From Mobula hypostoma (lineage: Eukaryota), in NCBI RefSeq assembly GCF_963921235.1, contig NC_086105.1:104780001-104844000 (forward strand): DNA of 64,000 bases. Reading direction: 5' to 3'. The notes under the pieces are model-generated. The model was not told the DNA's origin and did not search any database. It saw only the letters and a list, made by a program, of their open reading frames with translations. Positions 38,902-51,540 of the stretch are shown here, in pieces. Positions within the stretch are counted from its first letter, which is position 1; every line of letters begins with the position of its first letter. The position numbers and the translations under genes are program-made.

Positions 38902-39025
38902 GCAGGATCCAACCTAGATCATGTTAATCTCATGCAAGATACAATCCAGATCACGACAACCTAGCGTGGTACACAACTGGGACCACGACGACCTCACGCA
39001 GGACACAACCTGGAAACAGCAACCT
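38902..39025. repeat. Degenerate 32-bp tandem repeat, about 3.9 units
   Basis: gcaggatccaacctagatcatgttaatctcat / gcaagatacaatccagatcacgacaacctagc / gtggtacacaactgggaccacgacgacctcac / gcaggacacaacctggaaacagcaacct. Confidence 0.65.
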
Positions 39026-39884
39026 TTCTTTTTAACACTGCAGCTTTCCAATGTCAGCAACTAAGGTGTTGGTGCACCTTGATTACTCCACGTGGGAGGA
39101 AATTCGCGTTCCAGCAGCAGACTCAGTCCTTTGCTCAAATATGAGCAACCTGATCGGCTACCAGGCTGAATTCCTTTCTCCCATATAATAAAAAAGGTTT
39201 AGCCATGTTGGTGGAGCTATCATTGTCAATAATAAAATAAAATAATTAAGATAACTGGGTCCAGAACCCATGCCCTCTTATGACTCAAACATATTTATAA
39301 TGCACTTGTGTACAAGGAGAAGAGCATGGTTCCAGTCACCCACACTGTTCTGAGAACTACTATTTTTATGCAGAATTGACTTGTCAGTTATGGATATTGA
39401 TTGTTTGCTAAATTTTATATGTTCATATTCCTTACTTGCCATTTAAAGTAGACGTGCTAAAAGTCAGTATAAACTTCAAGGTGACTATCACTATTTGAAG
39501 TTAATAAAGCAATTGTCCCTTAATAGTCGGGTGTTTGTTATTCATATCTCATCTGTCTCTGGCACCCCTACCTAGAAAGGGAAGCTATGTTCTCTCAGTT
39601 GATGCCACACTGCCAGTCATTCTCACCTATCTGTCTACAGTAAGCAGGCAGTCTCATTTCAAAGGTCTCCCAAGTCTGGATATGATTACACCCTGCCGCA
39701 GTCATCCTCACCTGGATGTTGTCTTTAAACTTTGTCTTACTGCAACTTCCACACTGGCGCTGTCATACCTTATTTGTAATGGCACTTACATGCTGGTCTC
39801 AGAGATAATCTTCAGATATGATAATGCCAAGGAATTCAGAGTTTCTGACCTTGTCACCTCCAATCCCCTAATGAGGACTGGCTC

Positions 39885-40460
39885 ATAGAACTCTAGTTTC
39901 TTCCTCCTATAGTCAATAATCAGCTCTTTGAATCAGAGGTTAATGTGACACTCCAGATTTTCAGTCTCCCTCGTATATGTTGATTCATCACCATCATTGA
40001 TTAAGCCAACACCAGCGGTGTCATCAGTAACTTAAATATGGCATAGGAGCCATATTTATCTTGAGTCATAAGTGTAAAGGAAGTAGAGCAGGGATCTAAG
40101 CATATGCTTTGTGGTGCACCTGTGCTGATGCTGATTGTGGAAGAGTTGTTGCCAATTGTACTGACTACAGTCTGCAAGTGAGGAAATTAAGGATCCAGTT
40201 GCACAAAAATCTATTGAGGCCTGGGTCTTGGGGCTCAGTGATTAGTTTTGAGGGGATGATAGCGTTGAATGCTGAGCTGTTGTCAATGAAGAGTATCCTA
40301 ATGTATGCATCATCATTGTCCAGATGTTCCAGAGCAGAGTGATGAGCCAATGAAATGGGATCTGCCGTTGACCTGTTGTGACAGTAGGCATATTAAAGTG
40401 GATCCAATTCACTCCTCAGGCAATTGTTGATATGCTTCATGACCAACCTCTCAAAGAAAA
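39885..40460 (-). mobile_element. Rex1/Babar-type LINE RT fragment
   Basis: [34 protein letters not shown]...[10 protein letters not shown]. Confidence 0.85.
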
Positions 40461-40871
40461 CACTTTGTCAACATGGATATAATTTCTACTGAATGACAGA
40501 CATTAAGGCAGTATTCCAGGTACGTGGGATTAGTAATCTTGAATTCGGTATAGTTTTTGTCTCATTGAAGGAGAATTTGCTTGTGGAACAAGTTCACAGA
40601 ACCTTTGCAAGGTTGAAGCCCAAGCTGATAAGTCTGAGTAAATTGGGTTATATCATTGTGAACTTGAAGGATCATGTATTTTACCTGATCAGATAATTTA
40701 ATTTTAAGGCATATAATTGAATCAGGATTTTGACATGCACTCCTATCAAGCCCTGAAGGTACAGGAACAACTGTGGATCAAGCATTTGATCCACAACAAA
40801 TATAGACCTCACTCATGTTAGGGTCAACTTCTCCATCAAGTTTCTGAACAATCCATGAATACTATCTCATT

Positions 40872-40969
40872 GGCAGTCCTGACGAAGGGTCTCGGCCTGA
40901 AACGTCGACTGCACCTCTTCCTAGAGATGCTGTCTGGCCTGCTGCGTTCACCAGCAACTTTTATGTGTG
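40872..40969 (+). mobile_element. Minimal 98-bp insertion consisting of a hammerhead ribozyme plus Penelope-like tail hairpin
   Basis: Flanked by a perfect 13-bp direct repeat atactatctcatt (40859-40871 and 40970-40982). Confidence 0.85.
40873..40912 (+). ncRNA. Minimal type I hammerhead ribozyme (intact)
   Basis: GCAGUC-CUGACGA-AGG GUCUCGG CCU-GAAAC-GUC^-GACUGC with a perfect 6-bp stem I. Predicted cleavage between 40906 and 40907. Confidence 0.85.
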
Positions 40970-41069
40970 ATACTATCTCATTATTTGTTTTGCAACTCAC
41001 AGTAATCATTATGCCTTGCACTGTCCTGCTGCTGCAAAATAAATTTCACGACATACATTGAGTGATTTC

Positions 41070-41612
41070 CTATACCCAATAAAGTGGCTACTGAGTGTAT
41101 GTTCATGGTCTCCTGCTGCTGTATCCCATCCACTTCAAAGCTTGATGTGTTGTGCATTCAAAGATGCTCTTCTGCAGACCACTGTTGTAATGTGTGTGAT
41201 TGTCTTGAGTTACTGTCACCTTCTTGTCAACTTATATCAGTCTGGCCATTCTCCTCTGACCTCTCTGATTAACAAGGCACTTTTACCCACAGTACCATCA
41301 TTCACTGCATTTTTTTTCTATTTTTGTTTATCACACTATTCTGTATAAACTCTAGAAGATGTGTGTGAAAATCTCAGGATATCAGCAGTTTCTGAGATAC
41401 TCAAACCACTCTGTCTGGCACGAACAATCATTCCACGGTCAATGTCACTTAGATCACATTTCTTCTCCATTCTGATGTTCAGTCTGAACAACAGCTGAAC
41501 CTCTTGACAATGTTTGAATGATTTTATGCATTGACTTATCGTAACATGATTGGCTGAATAGATATTTGCATTAACGGGCAGTTGTACAGGTGTACCTAAT
41601 AAAGCTGCCACT
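41070..41612 (-). mobile_element. Tc1-like non-autonomous transposon
   Basis: MEKKCDLSDIDRGMIVRARQSGLSISETADILRFSH resembles the Tc1 transposase N-terminal HTH. Terminal motif as at 26995-27540. Confidence 0.8.
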
Positions 41613-42314
41613 AATAATAATCCTGATGCTTATTAGATTATGAAGACACGTAGTCCTCTTTATTGTCATTTAGTAATGCATGCATTAAGAAATGATACAA
41701 TATTCTGATGTAGGATTCTACTCGCTATCAGTTAAGGCATGGAATACAAAAGCAGGAGAATCATACTATAACCGTGGAGATCAGTTTGAGGCACAGCTGG
41801 TGAACTGTATGTAATCCGATCACCATCCTACAGGAACATGTAATTGTACTGTTGAACTGTGCAGAAATTTACCAGGGGTTAGAAGATTAGTTATGAAAAA
41901 CCCGGAACGAAGGATAATTCAGGTGTATGAAACCAAGACAGGGTGAATGAAAACTATTTCCTTTCACCAAATAAAGGATATGGATTTCAGCTACTGTATT
42001 TCAAAGAATTAGAGAGAGAAATGGATTTTTACCCAAAGAGTAATGGAGTTACTGTTACAATTTATGAAGAATGACGCTTCAAAGGGCGATGAAGAGTTAG
42101 GCAGCAGGCATTCAGGCTTCCTTCAAGTTAGTGAACTAGAACACGTTCAACAATTTGTCAGCAGACCTAAATGAATATGCCACAGTCATCACTGATTCCA
42201 TAAAGACATGCATTGATGGAAGTGTTCCCACAAACATATTCTGATTCTTCCCCAACCAAAAGCCATGAATGATCCAGGAGATTCATAATCTACTCTGGGC
42301 TAGATCTGTGGTGT

Positions 42315-45300
42315 TAGAACATAGGACATAGAAAACCTACGACACAATACAGGCACTTCAGCCCAGAAAGTTGTGCCGAACACGTCCCTACCCTAGAAAT
42401 TACTGGGGTTACCCATAGCCCTCTCTTTTTCTAAGCTCCATGTACCTATCCAAAAGTCTCTTAAAAGACCCTACCATATCTGCCTCCACCACCATTGCCA
42501 GCAGCCCATTCCGAGCACTCACCACTCTGTGTAAAAAACTTACCCCTGACATCTCCTCTGTACCTACTCTGAAGCACATTAAACCTGTGCCCTCTTGTGG
42601 CAGCCATTTCAACCCAGGGAAAAAGCCTCTGATTATCCACACGATCAATGCCTCTCATCATCTTATACACCTCTATCAGGTCACCACTCATCTTCCCTCA
42701 CTCTAAGGAGAAAAGGCCAAGTTCACTCAAGCTGTTTTCATAAGGCATGCTCCCCAATCCAGGCAACATCCTTGTAAATCTCCTCTGCACCCTTTCTATG
42801 GTTTCCACATCCTTCCTGTAGTGAAGTGACCAGAACTGAGCACAGTACTCCAAGTGGGGTCTGACCAGGGTCGTATATAGCAGCAACATTACCACTCGGC
42901 TCCTAAATTCAATTCCACGATTGATGAAGGCCAACACACCATATGCCTTTTTAACCACAGAGTCAACCTGCACAGCTGCTTTGAATGTCCTATGGACTCA
43001 GACCCCAAGATCCCTCTGATCCTCCACACTACCAAGAGTGTTACCATTAATACTATATTCTGTCATCATGTTTGACCTAACAAAATGAACCACTTCACAC
43101 TTACCTGGGTTAAACTCCATCTGCCACTTCTCAGCCCACTTTTGCATCCTATCAATGTCCCGCTGTAACCTCTGACAACCCTCCACACTATCCACAACAC
43201 CTCTAACCTTTGTGTCATCAGCAAACTTACTAACCCATCCCTCCACTTCCTCATCCAGGTCACTTATAAAAATCACGAAGAGTAAGAGTCCCAGAACAGA
43301 TCCCTGAGGCACACCACTGGTCACTGACCTCCATGCAGAATATGACCGTCTACAACCACTCTTTGCCCTTTGTGGGCAAGCCAATTCTGGATCCACAAAG
43401 CAATGTCCCCTTGGATCCCATGCCTCCTTACTTTCTCAATAAGCCTTGCATGGGGTACCTTATCAAATGCCTGACTGAAATCCATATACACATCTATTGC
43501 TCTTCCTTCATCAATGTTTTTAGTCACATCCTCAAAAAATTCAATCAGGCTCGTAAGGCACAATCTGCCCTTGACAAAGCCATGCTGACTGTTCCTAATC
43601 ATATTATACCTCTCCAAATGTTCATAAATCCTGCCTCTTAGGATCTTCCCCATCAACTTACCAAACACTGAAGTAAGACTCGCTGGTCTATAATTTCCTG
43701 GGCTATCCCTACTCCCTTTCTTGAATAAGGGAACAACATCTGAAACCCTCCAATCCTCCAGAAACTCTCCCGTCCCCATTGATGATGCAAAGATCATCAC
43801 CAGAGGCTCAGAAATCTCCTCCCTCACCTGCCACAGTAACCTGGGGTACATCTCATCCGGTCCCCGCAACTTATCCAACTTGATGCTTTCCAAAAGCTCC
43901 AGCACATCCTCTTTCTTAATATCTACATGCTCAAGCTTTTCAGTCCGCTGCAAGTCATCCCTACAATCACCAAGATCCTTTTCCACAGTGAATACTGAAG
44001 TAAAGTATTCATTAAGTACCTCTGCTATATCCTCCAGTTCCATACACACTTCCCACTGTCACACTTGATAGGTCCTATTCTTTCATGTCTTATCCTCTTG
44101 CTCTTCATATTCTTGTAGAATGCCTTGGGGTTTTCCTTAATCCTGCCCACCAAGGCCTTCTCATGGCCCCTTCTGGCTCTCCTAATTTCCTTCTTAAGCT
44201 CCTTCCTGTTACCCTTATAATCATCTAGATCTCTAACATTACCTAACTCTCTGAATCTTTCCTAAACTTTTCTTTTCTTCTTGAATAGATTTACTAGGGG
44301 TGACTGATAAGTTCATGGCCCAAGGTAGAAGGAGTCAATTTTAGAAAACCTAGCACATTTATTTTTCAACATAGTCCCCTCCTACATTTAGACACTTAGT
44401 CCAGCGGTCGTGGAGCACATGGATCTTGGACCTGCAGAAAATGCCCACAGCAAGGGTGATTGATAAGTTTGTGGCCTAAGGTAGAAGGAGATGAGTTATT
44501 AACTTCAAACTTTCTGCATAATCACTCAAAGAGTTAAATTGCATATGCATGTAACAAGAGCTGTATAACTCATCTCCTTCTACCGTAGGCCACGAACTTA
44601 TCAATCACACCCGTACTACAGCCTTTGTGCACCATGGTTCCTGTACTCTCCCACAACTTCCCTGTCTCATTGGAATGTATCTATGCAGAACTCCACACAA
44701 ATATCCCTGAACATTTGCCACATTTTTTCCATACCTTTCCCTGAGAACATCTGTTCCCAGTTTAAGCTTCCAAGGTCCTGCCTGATAGCCTCATAATTTC
44801 CCTCACTCCAATCAAACACTTTTCTAACTTGTCTGTTCCTATCTCTCTCCAATGTTATTGTAAAGGAGATAGAATTGTGATCACTAGCTCCAAAATGCTC
44901 TCCCACTGTGAGATCTGACACCTGACCAGGTTCATTTCCCAATACCAAATCAAGTACGGTCTCTCCTCTTGGAAGCTAATCTACATATTGTGTCAAGAAA
45001 CCTTCCTGAACACGCCTAACAAATTCCACCCCATCTAAACCCATTGCTCTAGGGAGATGCCAATCCATATTTGGTAAATTAAAATCTCCCATCATGACAA
45101 CTCTGTTATTATTACACCTTTCCAGGATCTGTTTCCCTACCTGCTCCTTAATATCCCTGTTACTATTAAGCGGCCTATAAAAAACACCCAGTAGAATTAT
45201 TGACCCCTTCCTGTTCCACCCACAGACACTCCGTAGACAATCCCTCCATCCTCCATGACATCCACCTTTTCTGCAGCCGTGACACTATCTCTGATCAACA

Positions 45301-45870
45301 GTGCCACGCCCCCACCTCTTTAGCCTCCCTCCCTGTCCTTTCTGAAACATCTAAAACCCGGCACTTGAAGTAACCATTCCTGTCGTCTCTGTAATGGCCA
45401 CCACATCATAGATCCAAGTACAGATCCACGCTCTAAGCTTATCCGCTTTGTTCACAATACTCCTTGTGTTAAAATAGACACATCTCAAACCATCAGTCTG
45501 AGTGCATCCCTTCTCTATCACCTGCCTGTCCTCCCTCACACACTGTCTCCAAGCTTTCTCTATTTGTGAGCCAACTGCCTCTTCCCCAGTCTCTTCAGTT
45601 TGGTTCCCACCCCCCAACATTCTAGTTTAAACTCTCCCCAGTAGCCTTAGCAAACCTCCCCAACAGGATATTGGTCCCCCTGGGATTCAAGTGCAACCTG
45701 TCCTTTTTGTACAGGTCACACCTGCCCCAAAAGAGGTCCCAATGATCCAGAAATCTGAATCCCTGCCCCCTGCTCCAATCCCTCAGCCACATATTTACCC
45801 TCCACCTCATTCTATTCCTACTCACTGTCACGTGGCACAGGTAGAGGTTACTACCTTTGCGGTCCTGTTT
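42315..45870 (-). mobile_element. CR1 LINE: ORF1 esterase C-terminus, endonuclease, RT and 3' tail; frameshifted
   Basis: ORF1 WLRDWSRGQGFRFLDHWDLFWGRCDLYKKDRLHLN; endonuclease YFNTRSIVNK...VAITET and SDHN; RT GPDEMYPRLL, GNYRP, QHGF, DFSQAFDKVPH, GVPQGSVLG, FADDT; tail (tatgttc)-like repeats. Confidence 0.95.
44294..44613. mobile_element. Mariner-type MITE inserted in the CR1
   Basis: TIRs ctaggggtgactgataagttcatggcccaaggtagaaggag / ctccttctaccgtaggccacgaacttatcaatcacacccg. TA on both flanks (44292-93, 44614-15). A third TIR copy lies internally at about 44453. Confidence 0.8.
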
Positions 45871-47300
45871 TCGGCTGATGACCCAAAGTTATACAAGAAG
45901 TCCAAGTACTATCTCCAATGATCGTTGTAAGTGCATTACAAACTAAACTGGAATCACAATATAACTTCCTACACAGGGAGACTGGGCAGTATAAGTGGCA
46001 ACAACCCATCACTTCCATGGATTTTATGTATGTTTTGTTAGGGAGAACTATGATACACCTACACAATTCTCCACGTATCTGGATGTCCCAGTAATTTTAG
46101 TCTCTGAGGCCAATATCCAGGTATCAGAGGGTGATTCTGCTCTGAACCATTTAGACAACAGGAATTTGTACAGCACGCTGATGTTCATCAATGCAGCTTT
46201 CTGTTCAACACAATCATCCCATTCAAACTTATCATCAAGCTTCAGAACCCCGGCCTCTGTACCTCCCTCTGCAACTGGCTGCTCAGCTCCCTCATTGGCA
46301 GGACCTCAATCAGTGAGAATTGGTAACATCTCCTCTTTGCTGACCATCAGCATACAGGCAGCTCAAGACTGCACGCTTAGCCCCCTGCTCTACTTCCTAT
46401 ACATACACGACTGTATGACTAAGAACAGATCCAATGTCATCTTTGAACTTGACGACACTTCTGTTGTTGGATGAATCACAGGTGGTAATGATTTGACTTA
46501 CTTGGTTGAGCTCTGTTATAGACAAACTCTCACTCAATGGCAGCAAAACTAAAGGGCTGATTGTTGTCTTCAGGAAGGGGGAGGGTGAAATTACAATGGA
46601 GAGAAGCAGCAGCTTTAAATTCCTGCATGTTAATATATTGGATGATTTTTCCCGGGCCATCACATAGATGTAATCATAAGCCATGTTGATGTTATGGCCA
46701 TAAAAAGTTCATCAATGCCTCTAGTTCCTCGGGGGGGTAAAAGAAGTTTGGCATGTTCCCATCAACCCTAATCATTTTTATTGATGCACTAGAGAAAAGG
46801 TTCTGTTTGGTCTTGGTATAGCCTCTGTTCTGCACTTGACTGCAAAAAAAAACCCCTGCAGAGTTGAGTTGTTAACACAGCTCAGCACATCATGGGAACC
46901 AGCCTCCCCTCTATGGACCACCTACACTTCTCTCTGCCTCAGTAAATCAGCCAACATAATCAAAGGTCCCACCCACCCCTGACATTATCTCTACTCCCCT
47001 CTCCCACTGGGCAGAAGATACAGAAACCTAAAAGCACACACCAGCAGGCTCAAGGACAGCTTCTATCCTAATATTATTGGACTCTTGAGCAGACCTCTTG
47101 TATAAGATGGACTCCTGGCTTCATAATCTACCTTATTATGATCTTACACTATCATTTACTCACAGTGCATTTTTGGGTCGCTTTTACTTTATTCTGCATT
47201 GGCACTGTTTTACCTTATTGTAACTCAATGCACTGTGCTATGATCTGTATAAACAACATGCTACACAAGCTTTTCACTGTATCATGAAAGTAATTAACTA
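45871..47300 (+). mobile_element. Degenerate Rex1/Babar-type LINE; its 5' part lies at about 42070-42314, split by the CR1
   Basis: ttccccaaccaaaagccatg (FPNQKP) before the CR1. After it: ALNHLDN...LMFIN, LSPLLYFLYIHDC...DDTSVVG and accagcaggctcaaggacagcttctatcc. Confidence 0.7.
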
Positions 47301-47977
47301 ATAATAAAATAAGAAAAGTATGGCAACATCTTTACCCTAGTAGGTGATTAATGAACACTGTTAACAAACTTTTACAACGTACTGTTGGAAATATCTTGAT
47401 TAGTTGCATCATGATCCAGAATGGCAATGGAAAAATCTAGGAACACAAGAAGCTGCAGCGAGTGGTGAACTATGTTCAATACGTCACAGGGACACCCTCC
47501 CCACCACTGATAGTATCCACAGGTGCTGCCTCAAGAAGGCAACATCTAAAATCAAAGATACCCATCTTTTTGCAGCTACCATCAGAGGCCTGAAGTGCTA
47601 CACCCCCAGGTTCAGGAACAGCCACTGCCCTTAACCATTCAGTTCTTGAACCAATCAGCAAGATCTTTATCACTATAGTTTAGCAATACTAAAATGGATT
47701 TTTAAAATGTTTTATGTTAAGGAAGTTTATAATTTACATTAGTTTATCCTCATGAATGCTGCTTAGAAGATGTATACCTGTGATGCTGCCATTAGTTTGT
47801 CACTGCACTCGTGCATATGACAAGAAACTCAACTTTGAAGGTTGAAACATGCACATTTAAACTCCTTGGAAGAACTTGAGCCATAATCTTCAAGGCTATA
47901 GCTAATGAATTTGAGTAGTTTACTTTTTGGCTGGCATCTGGGCTACACATTTCTTCGATTCTGACTCTAAATTCATT

Positions 47978-47983
47978 TTTATT
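47978..47983 (-). terminator. Candidate POLR3K polyadenylation signal AATAAA
   Basis: tttatt on + about 370 nt downstream of the POLR3K stop, at the edge of the TE-free segment. Confidence 0.5.
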
Positions 47984-48351
47984 CAGGACCCAGTGATCAT
48001 CACAAAGAAAGTATGCAATACAACAACAGAAGTTTGACTTTTTCCATTTATAATTCTTAACAAGATATCAGGATCCTTCAAAGAAATTTAAATCACTCAA
48101 TAAAGTGAGGAAAACTGCATGAAAGACAGTTAAATACGTGTTGAAGTATCAGGAAAAAAAACTGTCAACTACTACATACAGTTGAAGATTAAAATGGCCT
48201 AACTACCATTGAATTACAACTTAAATGAATTTCGATAAACATTATCAGATATATTAATTATTGCTGAAAGTTCGATTTTCTGTAGAAGCATTTCGATACA
48301 ACTAAAAATGCATTCTTACAAAACTTAGTCAGCAGCTGCCATACAGCAGTT

Positions 48352-48479
48352 TTAATCTCTCCACCGATGTCCACATCCTGGTTTACAGCACTTGTAAAAT
48401 GTGGTCATAGGTTCATCAGCAGATCGGGTTTGTATTTGCATGAAATATGCCCGAGGATGTTCACATTTGGGACATGGCT
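48352..48479 (-). CDS. POLR3K: POLR3K exon 3 (TFIIS-like zinc ribbon)
   Basis: (E)PCPKCEHPRAYFMQIQTRSADEPMTTFYKCCKPGCGHRWRD*. Acceptor tttttgcag, 128 nt. Confidence 0.97.
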
Positions 48480-48949
48480 CTGCAAAAAATGGAGAGAAAA
48501 TTAATCTTGTTAAAGAAATAAAGTCTATGTTTAGCAGTTGAAGCTCATCTACTTCTCTATGAATAATGAAAGCCCTAATTGGTATGGCTTAGTTATTTTT
48601 ACCTGTCTAAACTTACTTTATCAACATGATTCTATCAATGTAATTGCAAAACAAATTATCCTTCACCTACTGACCAGTAAATTAAAAGGATTAGAGGGAG
48701 GAATGGGATAATGCAAATCTCTAACATGAAAATGCTAGAGAAAAAATTGGAAAGCGTACTCACATTTTTCTGTTTATACAAGCAGAAAATCTCAAGCACA
48801 AAACAGAGAGAAATTCCCCACCCTTTTCCTTCATTGCAATAAAGGAAAAAAAAACATGATTTAACACTTCACAAGTTCATGTGTTTCAACAAATAATAAT
48901 CACTCTTTTATTGACTACAGTGGAGCAGTGGATATATGCCCACCACGAT

Positions 48950-49215
48950 AGCACCACAGTTAGTGTGGCACTATTACAGCTCAGGATTTTCTGGAGCTTG
49001 GAGTTCAATCCCCGTGCCCTCTTTTATGTCCTCCCCACAGAGGTTTCCTCCGGGTGCTCAGGTTTTCTCCCACAGTCCAAAGACGTACCAGTTAGTTGGT
49101 TAATTGGTCATAGTATATTATCCCATGATTAGTCTGGAGTTAAATTTGGGGTTGCTGGCAGCAAGGCTTGGAGGACCAGAGGGCCTATTCCTCACTGCAT
49201 GTCTGAGTAATTAAA
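48950..49215 (+). mobile_element. tRNA-derived SINE
   Basis: B box gagttcaatcc and body ggtttcctccgggtgctcaggttttctcccacagtccaaagacgtacc...aattggtcat. Confidence 0.7.
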
Positions 49216-49780
49216 GAAACCTCAGGAACAAAGCTGGGTTAACAGTTTTTTTCCCCCCCCAGTGGTATAACTTGAGAAATAAATATTATCGAGACACTAA
49301 ATGAATTTTCATGCTCTTGAGCTATGATATTTTACATCCTACCTGAGACTTAACATAACATCTGGAAAGTGGCTATAACCACTAAGTATTGAACCTATAT
49401 TATTCGAGATAATATTTATTATTGAAATGGAACTTGAACAAATAGAATTCAACTTTACGTTATCAAATTTCTGGAATGAAAAGCTTGAAAAGAAATAAAT
49501 CTCCAACATAGATTGATTAAACTTTCCATTTTGGAAGTTAAAAAATCTACAAGCCCATTAACTGAATATACAAGCAACCAAATGTAAAGTCAACACAATT
49601 AAATTTTGTTGAATAAATTGATTTAGAAATATTCAAATAAAAATGGTAAAACATCAACTAGCTGCAATTTATGTAGCAGCATTCCTTCTGAATTGCTATT
49701 AAAACTCAGGATATCCACAACCACTTCATTGTATAATGTTATTGTGGTTCTTCATTTCAAATATGACTTGCACGTCATAC

Positions 49781-49868
49781 CTGCTGTAGAGTCAACGTTT
49801 TCCCACGCTGCAGCACCACCTAATACATCATCAACTTCTTTCAGCTTGGGATATTTTCTGTTGGTTAC
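49781..49868 (-). CDS. POLR3K: POLR3K exon 2
   Basis: VTNRKYPKLKEVDDVLGGAAAWENVDSTA. Acceptor ttgaag, donor G|GTATGA, 88 nt. Confidence 0.97.
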
Positions 49869-50097
49869 CTTCAAAACATACGAGAAATATAACAAACATC
49901 ATACAGCATGTAAGCATAGTCTAAATTTGAAGAAGTGAAGAACGATTAAAGCCTCAATCACAAATCAACACTTCTAATGCAGCATTTTCCCCAAAAAAAC
50001 TCCATGCTACATATTAAACCCATGAATGGAACTTGGGCTAAAGTTTTAATCAATCTGAAATTCACCAATCTCCTTATTTCCTCTCACCTCCCTATAC

Positions 50098-50654
50098 CCA
50101 TCTCTATTTCCTGAGGAGACTGAGGTCCTTTAACATCTGCCAGACGATGCCGAGGATGTTCTACGAGTCTGTGGTGGCCAGTGCTATCATGTTTGCTGTT
50201 GTGTGCTGGGGCAGCAGACTGAGGGTAGCAGACACCAACAGAATTAACAAACTCATTTGTAAGGTCAGTGATGTTGTGGGGATGGAACTGGGCTCTCTGA
50301 CTGTGGTGTCTGAAAAGAGGATGCTGTCCAAGTTGCATGCCATCTTGGACAATGTCTCCCATCCACTACATAATGTACCGGGTGGGCACAGGATTACATT
50401 CAGCCAGAGACTCATTCCACCGAGATGCAGCACAGAGCATCATAGGAAGTCATTCCTGCCTGTGGCCATCAAACTTTACAACTCCTCCCTTGGAGGGTCA
50501 GACACCCTGAGCCAATAGGCTGTTCCTGGACTTATTTCCTGGCATAATTTACATATTACTATTTAACTATTTATGGTTTTATTACTATTAATTACTTATG
50601 GTGCAACTAACAAAAAACAATTTCTCCCGGGATCAATAAAGTATGACTATGACC
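50098..50654 (+). mobile_element. Young Rex1/Babar-type LINE 3' end
   Basis: RMFYESVVASAIMFAVVCWG...RKSFLPVAIKLYN, tail aataaagtatgactatgac. Near-identical to 57484-58050 (reverse). Confidence 0.9.
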
Positions 50655-50659
50655 CACTA

Positions 50660-51160
50660 CTCTTATTTCGCCTGTCCCTTTCTAGTTCATACTTCACTCC
50701 ATTCTCCCTCCCCAGTACTCCCCCCTCATTCTATTCTCTCCATCTCTTTCCAGCAACACCTTTCTCCCCTCCTCAAATACTCCCCCTCACCCCACAGGAT
50801 CACTTCCCTGCACAGCCCACTCCCCTCCCTCTGCCTTCACTTCACACCCTACATCTTCCACCCAGATACTCCCTCCACTTTCATACTTCTTCCCACCCCT
50901 TCCCCCTCCTCCCACACTCTTTACTTTTCCCTCTCCCTCCATGAACTCTCTCTTCCCCTTTCCCTCCCACTCTTTTATCCCTGTTCCCCTCCCTCTCCTA
51001 CCTCTTCCCACCTTCCCTTCCCCTACCTTTTCTCTCCCCCTCCCCCAACAATTGCCCCATCGGTCTCATGGTCAGTTATTTTCCCCCCACCCTTCCCGTA
51101 CCAACCCTTCCTACATCCCCAATTCCTCTTATTCTTAACTACCCCAAAACCCTTCCCTGC
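50660..51160. repeat. Pyrimidine-rich low-complexity tract in POLR3K intron 1
   Basis: Strongly C/T-rich and almost G-free on + for about 500 nt. Confidence 0.8.
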
Positions 51161-51165
51161 CTTAC

Positions 51166-51276
51166 TTTGCGAGTAATGTTGTGGACATAAGGACAAGTGT
51201 TACAGGCGAACCGGTAACACTTCTGTCCCTCTTCTACAATCAGGACATTCCCGCACGTCGGACAAAAAAGCAACAT
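51166..51276 (-). CDS. POLR3K: POLR3K exon 1
   Basis: MLLFCPTCGNVLIVEEGQKCYRFACNTCPYVHNITRK. Donor AAA|GTAAGG. Joined CDS is 111+88+128 = 327 nt, 108 aa. Confidence 0.97.
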
Positions 51277-51540
51277 TGTCCCCGTGCGCCTCCAAAGTGC
51301 ATCCTCCGGCGAACCCCGTGTCCGGGTATTAGTTCCGTCCCATGCTGGCTCACGGCCTGGATTCTCGTCGAACAGATCCGCCGGAGAGGCCTAAAGGTTA
51401 CACTCGTACCTGGTGCACTGGTGGATATGATTTTATTCCACTGTCACTACTGAGTTTGGAGGTGTGTAGTTTGTCCTTTGCAAATGGTGAATGACGGGAA
51501 GTCAGATGAAGTGGACGGAAGGACTGACGGGGTTAAGAAT
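51277..51540. promoter_or_regulatory. Probable bidirectional CpG-rich promoter shared by POLR3K and SNRNP25
   Basis: CpG-rich segment between divergent genes. ETS-like CGGAAG/GGGAAG and TGACG half-sites at 51490-51530. The head-to-head arrangement is known in other vertebrates. Confidence 0.6.

Noticed and set aside
38902-39025. CRISPR-like array
   Set aside because: Contiguous degenerate units without unique spacers, in vertebrate DNA with no cas genes.
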